This document shows positions 14,479 to 27,560 of a DNA stretch of 64,000 bases, piece after piece. Every line of letters starts with the position of its first letter. Within the stretch, counting starts at the first letter, position 1. Both the position numbers and the translations under genes were made by a program. The stretch is from the human T2T-CHM13v2.0 reference genome, Homo sapiens. The notes beneath the pieces were generated by a model. It saw only the letters and a list, made by a program, of their open reading frames with translations. It did no database searches and was not told where the DNA came from. The stretch lies in NCBI RefSeq assembly GCF_009914755.1, contig NC_060931.1. One strand, written 5' to 3'.

Positions 14479-17400
14479 TAAACTCCAAAGGGCTGTCACC
14501 ATCAGTTACTCTCATCATCACAACAAAACCAGGCCTCATCCTTATTGATGTAACCTGTTTGGATATGCCTATTAAGAAATATAAATGATATTACTCTTTA
14601 AAAGGTAATGGCAATGCTTTTGCAATAATCTCTATTGTCAGTTCATCTGAGACTTGGATTTTCTAAAGTAATATTGTTTCTAACAATAACAATATTCCAT
14701 CCTGTCAGCCACCACCTCCAACATTAACTGTAGAAACCTGGAGCATCCAAAAATAACAACCACTATGACTTATCAGAAACTCTGTGGTTACCAAGGACTC
14801 TCCCACCCATCTCAGGTAATCCTCTCAAAAACATGAAGAACCAGGTATTTTGCTCAAGGTGTAAATCCAGAGAGATTATAGGTGAAGTCTTTCCATTTCT
14901 CTTGACTTCTAATATGAGTGCAAGTGCAAACTGTAAAGATTATCTGATTGGAAAGATAAGGTGACCTCTCAATCTGTCAACACGCTGCATGGAAGCAGTA
15001 CTGTCATTTAATTTGTGCTCTTGAAACAGCCACATATTCCCTATTCCCTACCATATTTGCAGAAATCACCAGCAGTTTCTGACTCTGCTAGAATCCTCTT
15101 TCTATTTCAGTGAAAAAGCCCCATTTCTGTTACCTTAACTGATCATAATTTCATGTTGGCTATTTCATAGAATCAAGGACCATAACAGCATAACAAAGCA
15201 GGCACATGGATGCCGCAAGTCTTCTACCACAAGAATGGGTGCCGCTCCATAGGAACTGATGGCTGTGCTTCCCACAGCAGCTCTAACCACAGCTGTATCT
15301 CAGTGCAGAACACTCAAATCAGATGGAAGTCCAGTGGTCTCAACCTTGGCCTGTTTTCAGGAAAAGCAGAGAAAGAGATTCAAGAACTCTTAGTAAAAGA
15401 GATGTGAGGGACAAAATGGACTTGAGGTGGGAAGTCATCAGACAGCAGCTCCTGCCACTGCTTTACCTATGTTCCATCCCCTGCCTCCGGCTAAGAAATG
15501 GAGCTTGCGCTGGTGTGCACAGTTGAGTCCTCTAGAAGAGCGGCTATTTCAGAGAATGTACACATTGTGGGGTCAGCCTCAAATTGTACCACAGATTAAC
15601 TGCTGCTTTGAGCTGGATTAAAATCACAGCCTCTGACTGCCAATTTTATTAGCGGCTCCATCCATTTACAAGTTGAATGTATTTCACATTTGGAACCAGA
15701 ATTCACTTGCATGATTAATATGAAGTCCTTTCCTTTCAGAAACCAGGTCAGCCTTCCTTCTGAAAATTCCTTCCGCCAAACAAACCATTTCTAAACATGC
15801 CCTTTGTGCTGTATACAGAACACTGCATCAGAAGCCTTTTCAAAATGACCTTTCAGAACCACGTGGTGACGGAGCACCCACATCACATGATAGAAAATTC
15901 TACACTTTCCTTCCACCAGCATAGTTCAGAAAAGAGTAGGGAGTCCCTGAACCAACCCCCTGCCTGCTTGCCACTCTAAACATCAAACCTAAACAGAACC
16001 TACTCTTAAATAAATGTTCTTAGGAAAGTAATCCCTCTCTCATCCCTTATTCTGAAGTGGGTTTTTGTTATGACAAGTCTGAGATGAGAGCTCACTTCTT
16101 TGGTGTTTGTGTCACCACGTTTTTAAAAACCTGACGGAAGCCCAGAAAGCATTCGGAACATAAAATTTTTATGGACACATCGAGTAGTGAATCCTAAGGG
16201 TGGCATTTTCATTCCCTGCCATTATGGGAAGGACAAAAGTCTCCAAAAATAAGTCGCCCATTTCCAAACATCAAAATTCCCTCAGAAGGCACACCAAATA
16301 TTTGAATCTGACACCCAAAACAAAACCCAACTCAGAAAATCAATCCCCTGCTGGTGCCAAAGAGCACTTTAAAATCTCCGTGGCCTGAGGTTGAGAAGCT
16401 TCTAAGAGAAAGGCAGTTTGACAAGTGAAATGGTCCCCACTCCTGTAAGAACGAGACAGACGTCCTTGTTCTGTGCAACCAGAGAGACATGTTCTGACAG
16501 CGTGTAGAATCCTCGGCCCATCCTGGGATGACCACTGGGAGAGAAAGGAGGCTCCAGAGACCTAGGACCCCATCCCAGGACTACCCACCAGGTGTCCTGT
16601 GGTACATTCCTTAACCACTCCAAGACTCAGTCTTTCTATCTGTAAATTGAAGATAGAAATACCTATGCGGGTTATTCTGGGGAATACATGTCAGTGAACA
16701 TGGAAGGCTCAGGGGTTCAAGATTTGGGGGTACCCAGAGGTACAGGGATGGGAGAGGCTGTCACTGTGAAGGGAGCACACTGGGAAGTTTTGGGGGTGAT
16801 GGAATGATCCGTACACTGACAGAGGAGGTGGCCACCTGAATCTATATGTAACACAGTACACCAAAAAAGAAAAGTCCATTTTACTTTATGATAATTTAAA
16901 ATTAAATTTTAAAAAGAAAGCTCCAGAATCGGTTTTGTAACTATTAGTTCATCCCCTGTCACCTGCCATGGCCTTGAATCACCCTCACAAGACACAGTCC
17001 TAGTCCTGGCACTACCCAGGGAATGCCCTTGGTTTTCTGAATCCCAGTTAGGACTATTAGAGGGAACAGACAAAAACAAAGGAAGTGAAATGCCCTCTTA
17101 CCACTTCCAGAGATGAGAGTTAACACTGAGTAACTGTCACCAAACACTCATCATCTCTCGTTTCTTTGTGTTACACACACAGAAGCCGTTCAAGACAAAT
17201 GCAGCTCGGTAGTCCGAGGTCCAGTTTTCCAGCTGCCTGCAAAAGCCACCCACTTACCAGCCTCGTGATGTAGAGTGACAAACAAAAAAGGTATTTAAAA
17301 TGTGCAGAAGCAGGTGTTTCCAAGGGAGCCTCACCCATTTTTACTTCCTGTTCTAGGTATTTAAATAGTGGCTGTGGCAGAGTTCTTAGAGATAACAGGA

Positions 17401-17798
17401 ATTAAAAGAAAAAAATGCCCTTCCTTCAACACACTGTTTCCACACTGTTTCCAAGCAGCAGAAAAGTGGATTAACTGTTTTCTGCTTCTCAGGTTTTCTG
17501 GCCTTCTATCAACTAAGATTAAAAAATAAGTCCAGCTGGGTCTACATTTATGAAGGTCAACTTAAACTAATGTGGAAAGAGCTGCCAGGTGCTTTTATGT
17601 GGTGTGGAGGGTTATCTGCCATGAATTTAGCTGTTTGCTTTCTCTGAGAAGTGGAACATCATGTCAGGAAAGATAAGAGAGGTTCTCAGCCGAGGCTCAT
17701 CTGGCCTTCGTCTCTTGGGATTCGGCTGGATGAAAACCCTTTCTGCCATTTATTAAGCTTTTTCTTCACCGCTCCACGCACAAAGAATCCTTAAACCT

Positions 17799-18193
<395 letters not shown>

Positions 18194-21100
18194 CTAGTAA
18201 TATTTACACATATCCAGGCATATCTTAGATATCTGTCACCCAATGCCAGGGAGCTATTATTAGTTTGGGTGATGTTTGGCTGCAAACACTTTTTCATGAG
18301 GAATTTGAAATTCTAAGGTAACCCTCCAAGAGGCAGTAGTCATGGCTCACCCGCAAAGCCAGTTGCATTGAGTGGAACTTTCTTAATGAGACCATGTCTG
18401 ATGACAGCTTAGCTGAACCCCTATGTCTCCTTGAGGCTTCACTCCCCTTCCTAGTCCCATATTCCTCACTTTCAAAATCTAAAGAAAAGTCGATGAGTAA
18501 CTGCATCCAAAAATTAGGTAATCCCGCATGAACACTAGGACAAAACAAACCCAGAATGCAGAAATTATTGTCACATAAAATGATCAGTGTTACCACAGAG
18601 TTCATCAGAAGATGGGGCCTTGGGATGTTGAGCCTTGGACTGCACATCACACCAGCTAACCTTTGTCCCGTGTACCCTGTGTCGATAGCCCTATTCTTCA
18701 CAGGAAGCTGGAGACCCAACATGCTGACATGTTTCATAGCACACAGAGATTCCCGCTGTGCACCATGATGGGGCCCAACACCATCTCGGAGTAAAGCAGA
18801 GAGAGGACTATGACAAAGTGATTGCCCACCCCCACCTCCCCTCCCTGGCAGGCACCACTGACCTTGATCACCAGGTACAAAAACAAATCAGCTTGGAAGA
18901 AGAGCTGCCAGACGCTAACACACAGCTAAGCTCAGCACTGAGAAGAAGTCATTTTAAAAGCTCTTCCATTCCCTGCCCATCCCTTCTGAGCCTGACACCC
19001 TACATCCTGCTTCCTGAATCTAGCTTCATGAGTGAACCCATTGTCTGGCACCTCCTTCTTCCAGAAGCCTAGGGTTACAACACACCCCATTCCTTCTGCC
19101 CAGAACATCAGCCCTTAGGCTGATGGAGACCGAGCAGGAGAGACAGGGAACAACAGGCAGAGAAGCTCACAGATGTGCAAGGAGCAGGCTCTTCTTGGGG
19201 GAAGGGACAGGTTGCTCATTACCATCCAACCAAACGGAATCAGAGGCTCTGGACCCCAAGAAGTAAAGATAGATTTGTGCTTTTGTGGCAGTAAGGATCC
19301 TTTGATTTAAAAATAAACAATCACGCCATCTCCTTCACAAAGCCAGCAGAGTCCTGCTCCGATGGCTCTGCCTCTCGGCTCTGTGTGGGCTCCCTGGTGA
19401 ATGAAAAGTCTGTGTAGGCAAATCGGAAGGCCAAAACAAAGGAGCAAAATGAACAATCTCCTGTCTTCACAGCCAGGTGCACCCACTGGTTCTGAATCTG
19501 GATTCTCGAAGCAAAATCTGCATGAAAGGCTGACTCTATCATTGGCAAGTGAAAGTTGTGCTTCTTTAGCAAAAGGAAGGGGGGGCCTTTATAAAACTGC
19601 CCCCCTAAACATAGGGGCCACCTGAGCAGGTTCACAAGTCAGCCTCCATGTAAGTGAAGAACAGCGTAAAGCCCTTAACAAAGGGCTTATGTTCAAGTTA
19701 AACTTAAGGAAAAAGCACTGAGACCTGCACAAAGGATGCCCTGAAATCACAGAGAAAGGCGGGCCGGTCGGGAGGAAAACTCAAAGACTGAAGCATATGA
19801 AGAAAAGACCATCAGGCTGTCTGAACAGCCCTGCATAACACAGCAATGTTATTTTGGCTACAAGCAAAGCTGAATCGTGTCACTAGAAAGGATGCCATGT
19901 TCCCCTGTGTTCAGCTTCGATAATGGTCTCACAGATAATTAATTAATGCCATAAGGGAGCCCTTCCGACCAGAAAGGAACAGGCAGAGTGGGTGATGGGA
20001 GGGCAGGAAACTAAATAAATCAGGGGAAAAGAGAGGAAGCAGTGAGACTTCCACTACCACAGGGTGCTGCCAACAGCTGTTCTGGAAATAAGTCAGCATC
20101 GTGGAGTGCGGCTCAAGGCCACGAGAATAAACTCAGAGACAGCAGTTATCGACCCTGGGTTTCATCAAGAGCTCCTTCACTGTCAACATGAGAAAGGCCC
20201 CTTGCTCAAGACAAGGCATCCTATATAAAAAGAATTGGTCTTTAGGTCTTGTTAACATCAACCTCTAGTTCTAACCTACAAGGCTGTTTGACGTAACAGA
20301 GGAGCAAAAACTTGGATCTCCTTGAACCACATGTGTTCTGGAGGCCTCAACGTGAAGTTGAATGTTAATAGGTAAATAAATAAATAGATTACAAATGGCA
20401 CAGCTGGGCCGGATTTAAGGCCGCTCTGTGCATCTTTAATCGAGCCTCATTATTTGGAACAATGTAGTTGGCGTGACCATTGCCAAACAAGATCCAGACA
20501 GGAGAGAAAGAAAAATAGCAGCACCTGCCCGGCACAGGTAAGAAAGCTTCTCCTTGCATTCTCCGTGGATTGTGTTCTGACAAAATGGCAGCAACACTGA
20601 GTGAGGATGGTACAAGGTGGAGGGGACATAGGTAGCTGACACATGGCCACATTCTGCCCCAAGGTGGCTCCTGCAATGGGAAGACCACATATACATCTCA
20701 CTCTTTGTCTATACCACTGGGGCAGTTTCCAATTACCTGAGAATGTAGGTGATGCCTTTCACCTGGAGTCCTCGAAACAATTTCAACGATGTCTGCATCC
20801 TTAATGTTTTCCCACAAAATAAGTGTGTCCATAAGTCTCTTTATGACACAGCCTTCTGTTACCAGTGACACCGTGATCAGAGCCGAGGGAAACATGGCAC
20901 CAGTTTTAATTATATGAGTCAACTTTGCTGGTAGCCAAAATAACACTGCTGCATTGGGCATTATCATTCAGTTTAGCAGCTTTCCTCTCTTCATGCACTT
21001 CCATCTTTGGGTTTTCCTTTGCTGCCTCTCTCAGCTACCCCCCACCTTTCTGACTTTCTCTGTGATTTTGGAAGAATGCTGTGAACTAGCCATTGCAATG

Positions 21101-22479
21101 GCAAGGAAAGCAGTCAAGGACCAGCCTCCAGCTCACACCATAATGACCTACCTTCCCTGGGACACTCCACGCCCATGTGTGCTTCATGTGTAGGTGAAGG
21201 GCGGCACCTGGCCTCAGAGCAAACAACTCTCCCATAAGGTGACTGGCCAGGTCAAGCCAGCTGGAGGAAGGAATACAACCCCAGCAAGAGGCCACTGGTG
21301 CACAGCTGGGCCTTCTTTCCTGATAGGGGGCAAGGCACCAGGAGGAGGCAGAGTGAGCAAGGCCCCCAAGCCTCCCATGCAGGACTCCCCCGTGCTCCAG
21401 CATGGAAGGGTGAGGGCTTCACCTGGGCCCTGGGGGCACAGTGACTGGGCTACATCCCAGAGGTGCGGGACCAGCACAGACACTCCCTCCCAGGACTCCA
21501 AGGCAGGTGAGCAAGGACCTCCTTTCCCAGCGCCTGTGTTCCTTCTAACAGAGACAAGCAGGTTAGGGAGTGTGAGGAAACCTCAAGGCAAGGGAGGAAT
21601 TCAGGGGACTCTGGCTTGAGGGAGGGGAGCGTCAACTCAGGAGTCCAGGGAGACTGTGTCAAGACTCCTGGTTCTCTGCAGTTTTTGTTTGTTTGGGATT
21701 TTGACGATAAAGCACTACTGGAGACCAGAAGGGCCTAGAGGCCGAGAGGAAGGTGCCGGAGCCCAGCTGCACTGAGGTGGGTGCAGGCGGCGCTGGGCAA
21801 CGGCGAAGGACCCCCCTCCATCCCCGCCTGCGTTTGCTTCTGCACCCCGTGGACACCGATTATCCTAACCTGTCATGTGTAATTCTGGCCCCGAAGCCGC
21901 CTGGAAACATTGGCTTTATGGTAAATCTTCTTAATAAACAAGATTAGCAGGAAAGGAGGTGCCGGGGACTGGAGGTTTTATGGGTTTAAAACAGGGGCGT
22001 CCGCCTGGGAAAGCAGCGGCTTCCACTCCCTCGCTGCCGTGAAGCTGCCGCCCTCCCTTTCCTCCCGCGGCTGCCACGGAGGAAAAATGTCCTCTGATTT
22101 CGGCGGCGCTGCCCGCGGGGGGGTGCGGGGGACGCAGGTAGAAGCGGGTGCAGCGGGACATCCGAGGCCCGGCCCCTCGCGGCACACGCGGCGGAACACG
22201 AGCGGGGGGCGCACCCACGCCGGACCAGGGCCGCGCGCTCCAGGGCCAGGGGAGTGCCGAGTGGCGGGGCTCGGGGCGTGAGGCCCAGGAGCCGGGGTAG
22301 AGGCAGGAGGCGGCGCCGGGGAGGAAACTGAGGCAGGGGCGCGAGACCTGCTCCGAGCCCCCAGTGAGGACAGAGAGGCGCGCGACCCGTGGCCGGGGGC
22401 TTGAGACCCAGAGCCTGGGGGTGTCGCGCTGGAACCCCGAGACCCCCGGAGCCCCCGACCCGCTCGCCAAGGCGCGCTC

Positions 22480-22918
22480 CCCACTCACTCACTGAGGCAC
22501 CCCTCCCCACCCGCCCCGTCACTCACCGAGACGCCCCTCCCCTAAACCCCCCACTCATTCATTGAGGCGCCCCTTCCCCCACGCCCCGCATTCATTGAGG
22601 CGCCCCTCCCCCCACGCCCCCCTCTCATTCATTGAGGCGTCCCTCCCCCAGAACCTCTCAGAGGCGCCCCTCCCCCAACGCCCCCACTCATTTATTGAGG
22701 CGCCTTCCCTGCATGCCCCCTCACTCAGAGGCGCCCCTCCCCGCAACCCCCTCACTGAGGCGCCGCCCCTCCCCCCCGAACCCCTCACAGAGGCGCCTCT
22801 CCCCCCGACCCCTCAGGGTGGCGCCTCTCCCCACCCAGACCCCCTCACGGAGGCGCCCCTCTCACAACGCCCCCAACTAATTCATTGAGGCGCCCCTCCC
22901 CCGGCGCCCCCCACTCAC
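22480..22918. repeat. Degenerate ~30-40 bp C-rich tandem repeat at the start of intron 1
   Basis: Recurrent cactcattcattgaggcgcccctcccc / cctcacagaggcgcccct units. Confidence 0.8.
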
Positions 22919-23030
22919 CCAGACGCCCCGGGAGCTGCCGGCCGCGGGGGACGGACGAAGGGGCGGCAGGCAGGACGCGTGGCGGCAGCAGCAGCAGTAG
23001 CAGCAGCAGCAGCGGGAGCGGCGGCCCCAT
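22919..23030 (-). CDS. PTPRN2: PTPRN2 coding exon 1 (signal peptide of receptor-type tyrosine-protein phosphatase N2 / IA-2beta / phogrin), 112 nt, phase-1 donor
   Basis: Translates [37 protein letters not shown](G), matching the recalled human PTPRN2 N-terminus. ATG in gggATGG context; ends at canonical GTGAGT donor (+ strand ACTCAC 22913-22918); lies in a CpG island. Confidence 0.96.
22986..23012 (-). repeat. (CTG)4 CTA (CTG)4 poly-Leu triplet repeat in the signal peptide
   Basis: + strand (cag)4 tag (cag)4 encodes L7-L15. Confidence 0.9.
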
Positions 23031-23053
23031 CCCCGCGGCCTGGCCGGCGGCGC

Positions 23054-23062
23054 TCAGTCCAT
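23054..23062 (-). promoter_or_regulatory. Minimal uORF (Met-Asp-stop) in the PTPRN2 5' leader
   Basis: Minus strand reads gcggccATGGACTGA; strong Kozak context; stop ends 23 nt before the main ATG. Confidence 0.65.
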
Positions 23063-23171
23063 GGCCGCGCGGGAGGCGGCGGGAGGCGGCCGAGTCCGGG
23101 CCCAGGGAGGCGCGCGCCGCCGGCTCCTCCCGCCGCGCCTCTCGCGCTCTTGCGGCGACGCCGGGCCGAGC

Positions 23172-23190
23172 TTCAGCACCGGACAGCGCC
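23172..23190 (+). promoter_or_regulatory. Non-canonical RE1/NRSE (REST) element with zero spacer
   Basis: TTCAGCACC-GGACAGCGCC: both RE1 half-sites match consensus but the usual 2-nt spacer is missing. Confidence 0.55.
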
Positions 23191-24827
23191 CGGCCCCGCC
23201 CCGGCCCCGCCCCCGGCGGCAGGGCCCCGCCCCCGGACGCGCGTCCGCCCTCAGGCCACGCCCCCGGCCAGCCCCGCTCGCCCCGGCCACGCCCCCCGCC
23301 CGCCCGGCTCCCTTCCCTCCCCACTCGCAGGCGCCGCGGCCCGGAGCCCCACGCCCGGCCCTGGACTCCCCGGCCCCGGCTCGCGCCCCTCCCCGCTCGG
23401 AACGCCCCGTCCGCCCCCCGCCCCGCGCGTCCCCTCCCACCTGCATTCCTGCCCCCCGCCTGGCCCTCCGATCCCCTCCCCGCCTGCCGCCGCTCCCCGC
23501 CCGGCCCGGTGCTGGGGGTCGCACTGTCCCTGGGGACGGCGGGGGCCTAAGCCGCGCCCTTGGCCCGGACGGGAAGGCCCGAACCTACTCTGCTGGGGAC
23601 CTGGGCAGGCGGCCTCTACCCGCGGGGCCCCGCGCGCGTCGAATTAACGCCTTCCAACCGTTTCTTTAATTTAAACGTAACGGGCCACTTGCGCATCGGG
23701 GCGCGCGGAGGTGGACCCAGTCGACCTCCCCTGCAGCGCGGGCGGCGCCCAGGCTCGGTCCCAGGAAAGCTCCCGGAGGGCCCAGGGCGTGGGCTGGGGC
23801 CAGGCGGGCTCTGGGGCAGAGCAGGGTGAGGCCTGTTGCGGGCCTGGTCTCCTCGCCGCCGTCCCGCCCGGGGTCCTGGGGGATGTCGCGTGTCCTCCTC
23901 AGGAGACAGTGCCACTTCCAAGAGGTCCTAAGACAAAGGGGGCCAGTAGGGGCCTCCGGGTGGGAGGGAGCCTGCGCTTCTCCACAGCCCACCTCCCTCA
24001 CACGCTACCCCAGGACCACCCCCTGCCGGGTCCCTGTCCTGGCGACCCCACCTGGGCCCCCAACCTCCGCACCTGCTTCTGCCTTGGACAGAGAGGCCTG
24101 AGCCCTCCCGCGTGCCTTCCTGCCACGTTCTCATTCCAAGGACATCTGCTCGGCGCCCTGTGGGTTTTCTCCTCCATGCCTGGCCACCAGGGCCATGCCT
24201 TCCGCGCCCCTTACCAGCCTGGGCAAGGCTGGCACCTGTGGACAGTGAATGGGGGCTGGGATGGCAGCGGGGAGGTTCCATCGTAGCCCAAACATCTGCA
24301 ATTCAGAGTTGGATATTGGGGCTGACTGTCTTAAGTGCCCTCCTCACGGACACCTCTGTCCTCAGACCTCCGTCATCTCCTTGCTGGGGCCCCTCACCCT
24401 CCCATCCTTCAAGAAAGCTCCTCTTTGTTTGTCGCAGCCACCTGTGCCCGGAGGGGGTGGTGGGTGGCAGCTTATCCTTCACACCCAGACGCCCAGGGGA
24501 CCACCTCCCCGTAGAAAGCACCTTCTTGCAGAATGCGGCAGCATAGAGGTCACGGTAGCTCCCGGGCAGCCCTTCCCTCCTACAAAGTCAGGCCCGTGTG
24601 TAAACCTGCGGATCCTACAAAAACAGCCGCTGGTTGGGAGAAGGATGGCAGCAAGGACTGGATAGATGGGGCTGCTTCTGACTCATTATTTGTAGTAGAC
24701 TAGACTCTAATTTTTAACACAGCAGCGCTTGCCTCAAAACAAATGCAACCCCCCCCCCCAGCAATATCCATCCAGGAAAAAGGCTGTAAGCCCACAGCGA
24801 GGCGCACCCCAAATGTGGGCTTGGTGG

Positions 24828-25673
24828 TGATACTGTTTGGACATTTGTCCTGCCCTAATCTCCTGTTGAATTGTAATCCCCAGTGTTGGAGTTGGAGGTG
24901 GGGTCTGGTGGGAGGCAATGGCAGCATGGCGGAGGATCTCTCCTGAACGGCTTGAGCCACCCCTTGGTGATGAGTGAGCTCCGCGACTCCCTGTTCTGAT
25001 CATTTAAAGCCATGTGATACCTCTCCCTAACTCTCTGCCTCTCCCTAACTCTCTCCCTCTCCCTAACTCCCTCAACTCTCTCCCTCTCCCTCTCTCCCTT
25101 TCCCTAACTCTCCTCCTCTCCCTCTCTCCCTAACTCTCTCCCTTTCCCTAACTCTCTCCCTAACTCTCCCTCTCTCCCTAACTCTCTCCCTAACTCTCCC
25201 TCTCTCTCCCTAACTCTCTCCCTCTCCCTCTCTCCCTAACTCTCTCCCTCCCTAACTCTAACTCTCTCCCTCTCCCTCTCTCCCTCTCCCTAACTCTCTC
25301 CCTCTCTCCCTAACTCTCTGCCTCTCCCCGACTCTCTCCCTCTCTTCCTCTCTGCCTCTCCCTCTCTCCCTCTCTCCCTCTCCCTAACTCTCTCCCTCTC
25401 CCTCCCTCCCTCTCTCTCCTTCTCTCTCCCTCCATCTCCCTCTCTGTCCCTCTGTCCCTCTCCCTCTCTCTCCCTGTCTCTCCCATCCTATGTGACATGC
25501 CTGCTCCCCTTTGCCTTCTGCCATGATCAGAAGCTCCCTGAGGCCTCCCCAGAAGCAGATGCCACCATGCTTCCAGTACAGCCTGCAGAACTGTGAGCCA
25601 ATTAAGCCACTTTTCTTACAAATTACCCAGCCTTGGGTATTACTCTACAGCCATGCGAGAATGGCCTAACACA
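24828..25673 (+). mobile_element. ERVL-MaLR solo LTR (MST-like) with internal CT-rich expansion
   Basis: TG...CA termini; MST motifs (ttgtaatccccagtgttgga, cagcctgcagaactgtgagccaatta); 5-bp TSD GGTGG. Confidence 0.88.
25021..25485. repeat. Polypyrimidine (CT/CCCT) tract with ~15 interspersed CCCTAA hexamers
   Basis: Recurrent ctctccctaa units. Confidence 0.9.
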
Positions 25674-26449
25674 GGTGGTAAGAGAAGTCCGTGTGGGGGT
25701 GTCGGGAGGCTGGGAACAGCGGCACCCCTGGATGGTTCGATGGGCCGGTGCGTCCTGGGAGGTCCTGAGCCATCTGACTATGGAGTCAGTGATGGAAACC
25801 ACGGGGGAAAGGAAAGGTCAGAGTGAGCCCGCAGAAGGGAGAGCCTCTTCATGACAGGTCCGTGAGGTGATTCGGACGCACAAGGGTAGGACACGGGATT
25901 CTCTTCAGTGAAAACTACTTTGTGAGGCCTTAACGCCATTTCTCTGGTACAGATGGGGGTCTGAGGAACCAAGTGCTCCGCCTGAACAAGGACGACCTGG
26001 AGAGGTCTGTTGCCTGAATGAGAGTCACTGAGTTTACACTGCAGGAGAGCAGCTCCCAAGACCAAGGCCCTGCGATTCCCAGAGGCCGTCGGACTGCCGC
26101 ATCCCTTGGCGTGAACGGTGGGCGTGGAGAAGGACCCAGAGTCTGGAGCCTACATCCTGGAGGACTGTGTATCTTGGGAGGGGCCTGGGCTTGTTTGTAC
26201 TTTCGTTGTTTGACTTGCTGCTTGCTTAATGGTAGTTTCCTGAACAAGGTCCTGTTTTACCCCAAGGGCCCTGAACTTTGGTTAAACACAAACAAGCCCC
26301 AAGAAAAGGGAAAGCGAAAACCAGAGGCACTGGAGGAATCACAACAAAAAGCACCTTGAGAAGCACCTACAAGACAGCAGCGCAGCGTGGCCAGCTCCCT
26401 GCCTCAAGCACCAGGCAGGCTAACCCAGGTTCCGAGAGGGGGCAGGTCA

Positions 26450-26781
<332 letters not shown>

Positions 26782-26976
26782 TCAAGGAAAGGAAATGCAA
26801 AGGGTGGAGAGAGGAAGAAAAATGTTGTTTACCAAACCAAGGCTGGTTCCAGAACTCCAGCTGATATAGCCCAGACTTCTAATCCAAAAGGAAGACCGTT
26901 CTGGCCAGACAGGTGGTCACCATTAGATTCTTACTGCTTGACCCAACAGGTGCAGAGGCGTGTCTGTGTCTGTCTG

Positions 26977-27057
26977 TGTAAGAACACGTTTGAATGCTGT
27001 ACAAGGCACATATGTGAACATTGTACCACATGTACAGCTTTCAAACATGCTCTTATA
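26977..27057 (+). ncRNA. MIR5707: microRNA precursor hairpin, miR-5707 (mature ~26986-27007 ACGUUUGAAUGCUGUACAAGGC)
   Basis: Arms TGTAAGAACACGTTTGAATGCTGTACA and TGTACAGCTTTCAAACATGCTCTTATA pair over ~27 bp; the mature sequence matches my recollection of hsa-miR-5707. Confidence 0.8.
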
Positions 27058-27448
27058 TTCTCCCAGCCCTTTAGGGGGAATGTCTCCTACATACATTTAT
27101 GCTTTGTGCCTTCCTACTTATGAAATTAACCCATCATTGTCACACTTGCTGATATGCACGCTGTATGCCCATAGCATGCCAGGGTCTGTATACAGTGCAA
27201 CCTTGTAGTTTCAATGCAGTGATAACATATCCCTCACATTTGTAATCATGGGTTATTCTTTGATTACAAGGATTAATTCCAAGATTCCAAGATTTTCAAG
27301 GTCGAAAGGCCTGTGTCAAACAGTTCCTGAGTCACGCATGTTCCTTCAAGGGCATCCTATCTGCCAGACGTGTCCGGTCGAATGGGACAACAGTGATGTG
27401 TACCAGGGGAATACACAGAAGGTCAGGGCTCAAATTCCAGTCCTACGG

Positions 27449-27560
27449 TGCACCAGCTCCATGATCATGAACGCGGCTCCAGCAACGTGATCGTGAACAT
27501 TGCACCAGCTCTGTGATCATGAACGCTGCACCAGCTCCGTGATCGTGAACGTGAACGTTG
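27449..27560. repeat. Short degenerate tandem repeat (~28 bp, ~4 copies; GCACCAGCTCCGTGATCGTGAAC)
   Basis: Seen directly in the sequence. Confidence 0.75.

Larger units (their letters stand above)
21750..24200. promoter_or_regulatory. PTPRN2: CpG island / TATA-less PTPRN2 promoter with clustered GC boxes
   Basis: Very GC- and CpG-rich; several CCCCGCCCC (Sp/KLF) boxes at ~23194-23235, just upstream of exon 1. Edges approximate. Confidence 0.88.

Noticed and set aside
21931-24665. Many overlapping Pro/Arg/Gly-rich ORFs
   Set aside because: Stop-codon scarcity in a CpG island; only 22919-23030 matches a known protein. The same applies to 4771-6129.
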